A stretch of DNA of 47,670 nt from Oscillospiraceae bacterium (GTDB lineage Bacteria > Bacillota > Clostridia > Oscillospirales > Ruminococcaceae): the NCBI GenBank assembly GCA_051881875.1, contig JBJEQS010000128.1:1-47670 (forward strand), given 5' to 3'. Positions 26,870 through 34,299 of this stretch are shown piece by piece; positions within the stretch are counted from its first letter, which is position 1; every line of letters starts with the position of its first letter. A model generated the notes under the pieces. It did no database searches. It was given only the letters and a program-made list of their open reading frames with translations, and was not told where the DNA came from. Both the position numbers and the translations under genes were made by a program.

Positions 26870-27514
26870 ATGATTTTGCCTTCAAACTATGTGGATTCTT
26901 TGTGTGAAGTGAAAAATATGACAAATCATATCATTGCAAGAGGCAAGATTGTTGAAATTGATGACGAATCAATAAAAATTGCTGATAAAGATGGAAATAT
27001 GAATTTAGTAAGCTACAATGTTGAGGTCAAGGTAAATATATTCAACAGAAAACATGGTTTCAGAGTGATAATCGGAAAGGTTCTGACATCTACTCCTAAT
27101 GAAATGAAAATTACAGATATTATTTCTCTTGTTGAATCTGAAAGAAGAAATTTTTTCAGAGTGGATATATGCAATCCGACAAATATGTATGTAGCTGATA
27201 CTTTTATTGAGGCAAAGGTCACAGAACCTGATGAGGTCGTTATAAATGATATAAGCCTTAGCGGTCTTCGCATTGAAACAAAAAAAGAACTGAAAATGGA
27301 TACAGTTGTATGGATTGAAATGCAGATTAAAAACAGAGTGTATTTCTGGCAGTGCAAAATAATGCGTATTACATTTTTCAAGGAACTTGGTGTTTACCAC
27401 TATGGCTGTCAGTTTGTAGTCGATGATGATGAAAGCTCAAAAGGCAATGATGCACTGTGTTCATATATTTTCCAGAAACAGCGTGAACAGATTAACAATA
27501 AGAAAGACGATTGA
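26870..27514 (+). CDS. PilZ-domain c-di-GMP receptor, MotI(YpfA)/YcgR-like flagellar brake/clutch candidate
   Basis: Both c-di-GMP motifs are present: RxxxR (ERRNFFRV) and D/NxSxxG (NDISLSGL). An N-terminal beta-rich PilZN-like half is present, the protein is 214 aa, and the RBS is AAAGGAGG. Confidence 0.8.
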   Translation: MILPSNYVDSLCEVKNMTNHIIARGKIVEIDDESIKIADKDGNMNLVSYNVEVKVNIFNRKHGFRVIIGKVLTSTPNEMKITDIISLVESERRNFFRVDICNPTNMYVADTFIEAKVTEPDEVVINDISLSGLRIETKKELKMDTVVWIEMQIKNRVYFWQCKIMRITFFKELGVYHYGCQFVVDDDESSKGNDALCSYIFQKQREQINNKKDD

Positions 27515-27601
27515 TATTTCCGAAGATATACTGAATAAATCCTTATATTATTGTTGAATATGCATAAAATATTTTAAAATAATTTGTGCAGAATTAGGGG
27601 T

Positions 27602-27629
27602 TTAATTCTTAATATAATGGACGATTTAT
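27602..27629 (+). promoter_or_regulatory. Sigma-28-type promoter of the flagellin gene
   Basis: TTAA (27602-27605), a 16-nt spacer, then CGATTT (27622-27627) with GGA immediately upstream. The same TTAA-N16-CGA architecture is found at 34212 and 40371. It resembles the TAAA-N15-GCCGATAT consensus. Confidence 0.55.
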
Positions 27630-27709
27630 AAGACATAAGCACAAAAAAAAGTGCAAGATGTACTTGAAAATATACAGGCCTGTTATTGATAGTGTATCGT
27701 TTATTATAT

Positions 27710-27726
27710 GGGGAATGGATATCCTC
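27710..27726 (+). promoter_or_regulatory. Candidate CsrA binding site 1 in the flagellin 5' UTR
   Basis: GGGGAAUGGAUAUCCUC can form a 4-bp stem that presents AUGGAU (GGA at 27717-27719) in the loop. Confidence 0.35.
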
Positions 27727-27759
27727 ATCATATCAATTTTATTTTAATTTTTTTAATTA

Positions 27760-27770
27760 CATGGAGGTAT
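27760..27770 (+). promoter_or_regulatory. Flagellin Shine-Dalgarno, also candidate CsrA binding site 2
   Basis: CAUGGAGGU contains GGA within the SD (GGAGG at 27763-27767), 7 nt before the ATG at 27775. This is analogous to the B. subtilis hag BS2 site. Confidence 0.45.
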
Positions 27771-27774
27771 TATT

Positions 27775-28914
27775 ATGGGAATGGTAGTTAGATCTAATAT
27801 CGCAGCTATGAATGCGAACAGAAACTTAAACAAGAACAACAATGGCGTTTCAAAGTCACTTGAAAAATTGTCTTCAGGTTTCAAAATCAACCGTGCAGGC
27901 GATGACGCTTCAGGTCTTGCAATTTCTGAAAAGATGAAAGCTCAGATTAAGGCTCTTGATACTGCATCAGCTAACGCAGAAGACGGTATCTCTCTCATTC
28001 AGACAGCTGAAGGTTACCTTGGCGAAATTCATGACCAGCTTAACCGTATGGTTGAACTTGCTGAAAAATCTGCTAACGGTATCAACGAAGATAATGGTAA
28101 AACAGGCGGAGATGCTTATGGTATCGGTGATTATACTGATAGTGCTGGCGGAACAGTAAAAGGTCAGAGAGCAGGTACAGACCGTGCAGCTCTTCAGGCT
28201 GAAATGGATCAGCTCTCAGCAGAAATTGACCGTATAGCTATCACAGCTAATTTCAACGGCAATAAGCTCTTTAATGGTGCTATGGAAAATGGTTCATCTA
28301 CAGTCATTGGTGAAAAAGGTTCACAGATTGCTGGTGTTAAGGGAAAAGCTCTTACACTTCAGATTGGTGAAACATCAAATAAAGCAGATAAGTTGGCAGT
28401 AAGCCTTAAGAGAATGACAACAGATAATCTTTTCAGCAAGATGTCAGGTACTGTTAGTTATATTGGTAATGATGGTAAAGAAACAACAACTACCAAGATG
28501 CTTATTGACAATGGTGCAGGTGCTAATTCCAATACATTGACAGTAGGTGCACGTGATGATGGCAATACTGATATTACACAGGGTCAGGCTTCTGCTTATC
28601 AGAGCGGTAAAACAATTAACATCAGCGACCAGGCTATTGCTTCAAAGGCAGCTGAATTAATCAGAGATGCTATTGACAATGTATCATCACAGCGTGGTGA
28701 CCTCGGTGCTATGCAGAACAGACTTGAATATACTATTAACAACCTCAACACAGCTTCTGAAAACATGAATTCTGCTAACAGCCGTATCCGTGACACAGAC
28801 ATGGCTAAGGAAATGATGAAGTACACATCAGGAAACGTTCTTACTCAGGCTGCTCAGGCAATGCTTGCTCAGGCAAATACAAAGACACAGAGCGTTCTTC
28901 AGCTTCTCCAGTAG
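27775..28914 (+). CDS. fliC: Flagellin
   Basis: N-terminal MVVRSNIAAMNANRNLNKNNNGVSKSLEKLSSGFKINRAGDDASGLAISEKM and C-terminal LGAMQNRLEYTINNLNTASENMNSANSRIRDTDMAKEMMKYTSGNVLTQAAQAMLAQAN. The variable domain is Ser/Thr/Gly-rich. Confidence 0.96.
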   Translation: MGMVVRSNIAAMNANRNLNKNNNGVSKSLEKLSSGFKINRAGDDASGLAISEKMKAQIKALDTASANAEDGISLIQTAEGYLGEIHDQLNRMVELAEKSANGINEDNGKTGGDAYGIGDYTDSAGGTVKGQRAGTDRAALQAEMDQLSAEIDRIAITANFNGNKLFNGAMENGSSTVIGEKGSQIAGVKGKALTLQIGETSNKADKLAVSLKRMTTDNLFSKMSGTVSYIGNDGKETTTTKMLIDNGAGANSNTLTVGARDDGNTDITQGQASAYQSGKTINISDQAIASKAAELIRDAIDNVSSQRGDLGAMQNRLEYTINNLNTASENMNSANSRIRDTDMAKEMMKYTSGNVLTQAAQAMLAQANTKTQSVLQLLQ

Positions 28915-28959
28915 TCTTGTATTCAGTAAGATTAATATTAACTATTATTTTTATAGACA

Positions 28960-28988
28960 GGCCGCTCCTTCGGGGGCGGTTTGTTGTT
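28960..28988 (+). terminator. Intrinsic terminator after the flagellin gene
   Basis: CCGCTCC-TTCG-GGGGCGG forms a 7-bp stem with a UUCG tetraloop (28962-28979), followed by TTTGTTGTT. Confidence 0.8.
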
Positions 28989-29002
28989 AAGAAAGGTATT
29001 CC

Positions 29003-30970
29003 ATGAAAGTAAAATTAAAAAATGTAAATTCAGATAATAATCAGATTCTTTTGTCAATAGGTATGATTGTAAAAAATGAGGAAAGACATCTTGAAAATTG
29101 CATGAAGGCTCTTATGCCTCTAAGACAGCAGATAAAAAGCGAGCTTATAATTGTTGATACCGGCTCTACTGACAGAACAATTGAAATTGCTAAAAAATAT
29201 GCTGACAAATTTTATGAATTTGAATGGTGCAATGATTTTTCAGCTGCAAGAAATTATGGACTTGAAAGAGCAGAAGGATTATGGTTTATGTTTATTGATG
29301 CTGATGAATATTTTGATGAAGATATCAGTGAAATAGTTAATTTCTTTAAATATCCGGAACTTTATATGAAATATCGTTCTGCAAGCTATAAAATAAGAAA
29401 TTATCTTGATTGTACTCAAAAATATTTTTCAGATTTTCTTGCAAGCCGTATGATAAGACGTGAACCGGATATAAGATTTGAAGGAGAAATTCATGAAGCA
29501 TTGCCCATGTATGCTCCTCATGGATTTTTTACAACAATTGCACACCATTATGGATATGCATATAAAAGTGTAGACCAGAGAATGGCTAAAAAAGAGCGAA
29601 ATTTAAAACCTTTGCTTGAAGAATTGGAGAAAGACCCTGAAAATTCAAGAACTTTAGCTCATCTTGTAGATATAAGCAATGAAGAAGATGTTGGAAAATA
29701 TCTTGAAATATGGATTGAAGTTTGCCGGAAAGGTAAGGGGTTAGGATACAGAAATCACTGCTATAAAGAGTATATTGCTTATCTTGGACATAATGAACGA
29801 TATGATGAAGCAGAGAAAATTTATGAAGAGTATATGGCGTTGGATGGTGCTGAAAATTCAGCGTGTACTATTCAGATTTATGCTATGATGGCTTTGTTGT
29901 ATTATAATCAGGATAATTTTGAGAAATCATATGAGTATTATCTGAAATATTTTGAGATTTATAGACAGTATTTAAACAATGAATTGAATTTGAATGATTT
30001 AAGATACAGTGCTATAAAAGGGATAAATAATCTTGATTATTATGAAGGCATGATAAATGCTGCTCATTGTCTTTTTAGACTCGAACGTGACGAGGAAGCT
30101 TTGAAGCTTTTATCTGAAATTGATATTAAAAATATTGATTTAGCAAGATTTAGCAAATATATAAAAATTATATCTGCACTTGCCGAAAATGCTGAGTATT
30201 ATAAATATATTGCTGACATTTATAAGCGTATTCTTGAAATGAACGATTCAGATAAAATCAGTATTGCAAATAAGCAGATTGAAGATTTTTATTATGACAA
30301 TCCTGATACAAGAATTGAATTTGCAAAAGAAATCTCAAAAATAAAATCAGATGATGCTTTTATTTCAATGATGAAAATTATTGCGAATGAGAAAAACAAA
30401 AATACTCCGCAGAAAATTCAGAAGCTTGTCAATTCGATTGATGACTGGAACGGCGGATATTCAGAACTTATATATCTTGCTATGAAATATAAAACAGATG
30501 TTTCAGAGGCAATTCCCAAAATGACATATGAACAAACAAGAGATTATTTTGTAAAAATAGCATCAAAGCACGATGATTATGCTGAAGTTACACTCGAATA
30601 TTCTCAGGAATTCAGCTTTACAGATTCAATAAAACAGCTTTTCTGGATTGTTTCAGCTCTTGAGGTTGCTGTACTTAATTCAAAGGAACTTCAAAATTCT
30701 GATAAGCATGATTTGTACTATATATTTATTTCAATGCTTTCAGATTATGTTTTCAATATTTACAATCCGGAAATTTTCAATGAAAATGATGTTGAAATAA
30801 TGCCTCCCCTTCATCGTTTTGGCTATTATATGGGTACTGCTATGATGGCTCTTAATGAGGGAAATAAGATTGCATACATAAGGCTTATAAAAACAGCTTT
30901 GAAAAACAGTGAGCCTATGAAGGAACTTGTGGCTTTTTTACTGGAAGAATTTGAAACCGGTTTAAAATAA
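29003..30970 (+). CDS. Family-2 glycosyltransferase with a long helical/TPR-like C-terminal region; candidate flagellin glycosyltransferase
   Basis: The N-terminal GT2 fold signature is LSIGMIVKNEERHLENC...IIVDTGSTDRTIEIAKKY...NDFSAARNYGL...FIDADE (DxD). About 430 aa of Tyr/Leu/Glu-rich helical repeats follow. The gene lies directly downstream of flagellin. Confidence 0.7.
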   Translation: MKVKLKNVNSDNNQILLSIGMIVKNEERHLENCMKALMPLRQQIKSELIIVDTGSTDRTIEIAKKYADKFYEFEWCNDFSAARNYGLERAEGLWFMFIDADEYFDEDISEIVNFFKYPELYMKYRSASYKIRNYLDCTQKYFSDFLASRMIRREPDIRFEGEIHEALPMYAPHGFFTTIAHHYGYAYKSVDQRMAKKERNLKPLLEELEKDPENSRTLAHLVDISNEEDVGKYLEIWIEVCRKGKGLGYRNHCYKEYIAYLGHNERYDEAEKIYEEYMALDGAENSACTIQIYAMMALLYYNQDNFEKSYEYYLKYFEIYRQYLNNELNLNDLRYSAIKGINNLDYYEGMINAAHCLFRLERDEEALKLLSEIDIKNIDLARFSKYIKIISALAENAEYYKYIADIYKRILEMNDSDKISIANKQIEDFYYDNPDTRIEFAKEISKIKSDDAFISMMKIIANEKNKNTPQKIQKLVNSIDDWNGGYSELIYLAMKYKTDVSEAIPKMTYEQTRDYFVKIASKHDDYAEVTLEYSQEFSFTDSIKQLFWIVSALEVAVLNSKELQNSDKHDLYYIFISMLSDYVFNIYNPEIFNENDVEIMPPLHRFGYYMGTAMMALNEGNKIAYIRLIKTALKNSEPMKELVAFLLEEFETGLK

Positions 30971-31055
30971 TTGAAAATTTTTTCTTGCGGTACTTGCATT
31001 TTTATATAAATTATTATACAATATACTTAGATATTATTTTATTTGAGAGGGTATA

Positions 31056-31568
31056 ATGATGAAGAATAAAGCTGAAAAAAACAATAATGCAGAAAAAAGA
31101 GAAAGAACTCAAAGCAGGCTCATATTTTTGATTGCGGCAGCAATTTTTCTTATAGGAGTTGCCGGTGTACTCAATCGCAATATCAACAGTAATAAATATA
31201 TAGGAACTGTGTTTGTAATAGTTGGAAGTAACTCATCTGAACTGAAAGGTTATAAGATTCAAAAACAATATGAGGATAAAATTACTGAATATGATTTACC
31301 CGTTATTGCTGATATACAGTCAAGTGATTCTATTCCTTGGTTTGAACAGGATGTAAATGGAAATACTGCTGTGTCATTTACAGGCAACTATATAGGAGAT
31401 GTCCTTTATTCTGTATATGACATGAATTATGAACCTGTTTATACTAATAAAACATCACTTGAAATCCCATCAAAGAATGATGAGGGGTATATAGTAAGTA
31501 TGGACATAAAATGGGGAAAAAGCAAAAACAATGTTACCATGCGTTATTATTTCCAGATAAAGCCTTAA
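31056..31568 (+). CDS. Hypothetical single-pass membrane-anchored protein
   Basis: Charged N-terminus, one transmembrane segment (LIFLIAAAIFLIGVAGVL) and a roughly 125-aa extracytoplasmic domain. The RBS is GAGAGGG. The ATG at 31059 is an equally plausible start. Confidence 0.6.
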   Translation: MMKNKAEKNNNAEKRERTQSRLIFLIAAAIFLIGVAGVLNRNINSNKYIGTVFVIVGSNSSELKGYKIQKQYEDKITEYDLPVIADIQSSDSIPWFEQDVNGNTAVSFTGNYIGDVLYSVYDMNYEPVYTNKTSLEIPSKNDEGYIVSMDIKWGKSKNNVTMRYYFQIKP

Positions 31569-31584
31569 GCAAATTTAAGATATA

Positions 31585-31619
31585 AAAAACGGATTGAATA
31601 ATAAATTCAATCCGTTTTT
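31585..31619. terminator. Bidirectional intrinsic terminator between convergent units
   Basis: AAAAACGGATTGAAT (31585-31599) pairs with ATTCAATCCGTTTTT (31605-31619). A/T runs flank the stem on both sides. Confidence 0.85.
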
Positions 31620-31649
31620 GTATTATGTGAATTCGCATTATTATAAATA

Positions 31650-32267
31650 TTATTCCTGTTCACTGTCTTCTTCTTTTTCTTTGAAAGACTGTTCCCATGC
31701 ATCAAAGCGATTCATAACTTCGGCATAAGTTTCCTTAGTTATATCCGGCATTTCTTCATCTTTAAGACCGAGTTTCTTCGCTGCGTCACTGAAACCGGCT
31801 GTAACAGCTTCACGAAGCATTGCAAGTTTTGTCTGGTCGCCGCCTGCAAGAGCCTCTGCCATATCCATTATTCTTGTAGCAACTGCATCAACAGAATATT
31901 CACCGCCATCTGAGATGGCTTCAAGAGCTTTCTGGCTGTCAGCTTCTGTAACTTTGAGATTGAGTCCGGCAAGAGTGAAATTTGATTCTTCAAACTGTTC
32001 GGTTACCATACTCTGAATGAAGTTATGGAAAGCCTGCTGACGCTGTTCTTCGGCTAATTCAAGCTGCTCGGCAATTTTCTCTTTTGAATAGATACCTGTA
32101 GTATCTTCAGATGATGAATTTGATTTTTCAAAAGTATCATATCTTCCTTCATACTGCTCAGAATTACTGGATTGTTTCTGTTTGGTTGAAGCAGATGCTG
32201 TTTCAAGTTTTTTTACAGAAATATCGGATACGGCATTAGTCTGTGTGCTTTGGATATTGTTTACCAT
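31650..32267 (-). CDS. Acidic hypothetical protein (possibly DUF5610-like; from memory only)
   Basis: RBS AAGGAG. 205 aa with a Ser/Gln/Glu-rich N-terminal half. The helical C-terminal half is YSVDAVATRIMDMAEALAGGDQTKLAMLREAVTAGFSDAAKKLG...ETYAEVMNRFDAWEQ. It is the last gene of the ParA operon. Confidence 0.55.
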   Translation of the reverse strand: MVNNIQSTQTNAVSDISVKKLETASASTKQKQSSNSEQYEGRYDTFEKSNSSSEDTTGIYSKEKIAEQLELAEEQRQQAFHNFIQSMVTEQFEESNFTLAGLNLKVTEADSQKALEAISDGGEYSVDAVATRIMDMAEALAGGDQTKLAMLREAVTAGFSDAAKKLGLKDEEMPDITKETYAEVMNRFDAWEQSFKEKEEDSEQE

Positions 32268-32363
32268 ATAAATACATCTCCTTTGAAAATAAAAAAATTA
32301 AAACAGATTTTTCTAAAATATAAATCGGAATAAAAATCAGAAATTAAATAGTTGCAAAGTTAA

Positions 32364-33269
32364 TTATTTATGAACAGGGTTGGCTCTTAAAGTTATTATA
32401 GCATTTATAAGAGCTGAATTTATCTTGGCATAACTGCTTTCAGCAATTGCATCGGGAACAGTATGTTCATTCCTTTTGATTACATACTGAGGAGAGAGCT
32501 TATTGAGGGCAGTTGCAATTACTTCAAGTTTGCAGTCAGGACACTTGCAGCAGTTAAATTTGTCAAGTATTTCATCAATTTTATTGTTAATCATAACCTC
32601 GTTTATATTTATAAGTTCAGGAAGCTGAACCTTTGGAGCAGATTTGACAGAAGGCTTGTTCTCAGGAATTTCATTGAGAATATCATCAACTGAGAATTCC
32701 TTTTTGCTGTCAGAAACTGTGGAGTTATCGGATACAGCAGTTTCGTCCCGGATTGCTTTATCAAACGGAACATTTTCTGCCAAAGGGGTATTTTCAGTGA
32801 TAACTTCGGCATCATAATTTTTTACAATCTGAACAGGCTGCGGCGGTTCGGGAGTTTCAGGCTGAATATTTTCGGCAGGTTTTTTCAGTTCAGGCTTTTT
32901 TTCGTTAACAGCATTAGGAGCAGGCTGAATGTTTTCAGCAGGTTTGGGCGGTTCGGGAGGCTGATGAATCGTTTTTTCCTTTTCTGAGAGTATTTTTACA
33001 ATGTTTTCATTTTCAGAGTCTATCTTTTGGGCTGCTCTGTCTTCTTCGGCGGCCATGCGGGCTTTTCTTTCACTTGCACTTTCTGCCGGAGTTTTTGGTT
33101 TGAATTCCTCCGGATTTATATCAGCTTTTTCAGGAAATGAAATTGAGGAAATATTATTATCATCATTAACGTCAACATATTCCTCGAAACCACTTCTTTT
33201 CATATGTCCTGTCGGCATTATTTTATTATACATAATCTCTTTATGTATATCACGTTTTGTTTTCTTCAT
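32364..33269 (-). CDS. ComFB-domain protein with a basic N-terminal peptide and a long Pro/Glu/Lys-rich linker
   Basis: C-terminal INEVMINNKIDEILDKFNCCKCPDCKLEVIATALNKLSPQYVIK matches the ComFB-type CxxC helix pattern. Residues of roughly 40-190 are low complexity, with KPAENIQP duplicated. The RBS is GAGG. Confidence 0.65.
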   Translation of the reverse strand: MKKTKRDIHKEIMYNKIMPTGHMKRSGFEEYVDVNDDNNISSISFPEKADINPEEFKPKTPAESASERKARMAAEEDRAAQKIDSENENIVKILSEKEKTIHQPPEPPKPAENIQPAPNAVNEKKPELKKPAENIQPETPEPPQPVQIVKNYDAEVITENTPLAENVPFDKAIRDETAVSDNSTVSDSKKEFSVDDILNEIPENKPSVKSAPKVQLPELININEVMINNKIDEILDKFNCCKCPDCKLEVIATALNKLSPQYVIKRNEHTVPDAIAESSYAKINSALINAIITLRANPVHK

Positions 33270-33304
33270 AAACAGACCTCATTCATAAAATTTTCGGTAT
33301 CTTA

Positions 33305-34066
33305 TCAAAGCCCTCTGTCTTTAAGTTCATTTGCGAGCATATTGAAATCCTTGACGCCACGGCAGCGTTTTGCATAATCTGTGATGTCGCACTGGAGTGA
33401 CTGTGCTTCTGACAATTCATTGCAGTTTCTGATGATTGTATTGAAAACCGGCACGTTGATGCTTTCGGAAATCATCTTTGCAGTACCGAATACTTCACGA
33501 TGGAGAAGTGAACGCTTATTGAATTTGTTTACAAGTATGCCGAGTGGTTTTAAGTTAGGATTGCATGACTGCTGGATATGCTCGACTGTTTCATATACCA
33601 TGGTTATGCCCTGAAGACTGAATATGTCAGGCAGCATAGGCATTATGACATAATCAGAGGCTGTAAGTGCGTTTACAGTGAGTATTCCAAGTCCCGGAGG
33701 AGAATCTATAAGTATAAAATCATATAATGGTTTTATACTTTGTATAGCTTTTGAGAGAAGATATTCTCTGTTGTATCCGGTGAATTCAAGTTCGACACTG
33801 CTCAGAAGGATATTTGATGGTATTATATCTGTCATTGCACATCTCTGGACAGCATACTGGGCATCTACATCTCCTGTAAATACTTCATATACGGTAGGAG
33901 AAACTTCGGTTTCCGCACCAACACTGTATGAGAGATTGCCCTGAGGGTCCATGTCTATTGTAAGAATTCTTAAACCACGTTTGCTGAGTACAGAAGCAAG
34001 TGCATTGACGATAGTAGTTTTGCCGACACCGCCTTTTTGCGTTATAATTGATATTACTTTGCTCAT
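33305..34066 (-). CDS. Orphan ParA/Soj-family P-loop ATPase
   Basis: The deviant Walker A KGGVGKTT lies at residues 10-17, with a Soj-type DMDPQGN and Walker B FILIDSPPG. The RBS is AAGGAGG. No parB-like gene is present in the window. Confidence 0.88.
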   Translation of the reverse strand: MSKVISIITQKGGVGKTTIVNALASVLSKRGLRILTIDMDPQGNLSYSVGAETEVSPTVYEVFTGDVDAQYAVQRCAMTDIIPSNILLSSVELEFTGYNREYLLSKAIQSIKPLYDFILIDSPPGLGILTVNALTASDYVIMPMLPDIFSLQGITMVYETVEHIQQSCNPNLKPLGILVNKFNKRSLLHREVFGTAKMISESINVPVFNTIIRNCNELSEAQSLQCDITDYAKRCRGVKDFNMLANELKDRGL

Positions 34067-34095
34067 TTGTGCAATCCTCCTTTATAATCCCTTTT

Positions 34096-34124
34096 ATTAT
34101 ATCAGAAAATTAAACTTTTTACAA
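34096..34124 (-). promoter_or_regulatory. Sigma-A-type promoter of the ParA-ComFB operon
   Basis: Read on the minus strand: TTGTAA (34124-34119), a 17-nt spacer, then TATAAT (34101-34096), about 30 nt upstream of the parA-like ATG. Confidence 0.5.
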
Positions 34125-34211
34125 TATGATTTTATAAAAAAACTGTTTTTTATGATATAAATTTTTTACAAAACAGGCAGTATTTTAGAATTTTATTTGC
34201 AGAAAAACTAT

Positions 34212-34239
34212 TTAAATATTTATTTCTTTGACGAATATA
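34212..34239 (+). promoter_or_regulatory. Sigma-28-type promoter of the flgM operon
   Basis: TTAA (34212-34215), a 16-nt spacer, then CGAATA (34232-34237) preceded by TGA. The spacing is the same as in the fliC and fliD candidates. Confidence 0.45.
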
Positions 34240-34299
34240 TATATAGCGTTATTAATTTTTCATTCCGAAAAAATATTCCGTTTAAGAGAGGTGTGTTTT

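Noticed and set aside
27005-27400. Two minus-strand ORFs (131 and 122 aa) opposite the PilZ gene
   Set aside because: The plus frame carries both PilZ signature motifs, whereas the minus frames are shadow ORFs.
33305-34066. Calling the ParA-like ATPase an FlhG (YlxH) orthologue
   Set aside because: It has the Soj-type DMDPQGN signature and starts directly at the Walker A motif, so it lacks the N-terminal FlhF-activating helix. It also lies on the opposite strand, far from flhA. It is better described as an orphan ParA. A functional analogy to FlhG remains only a hypothesis.
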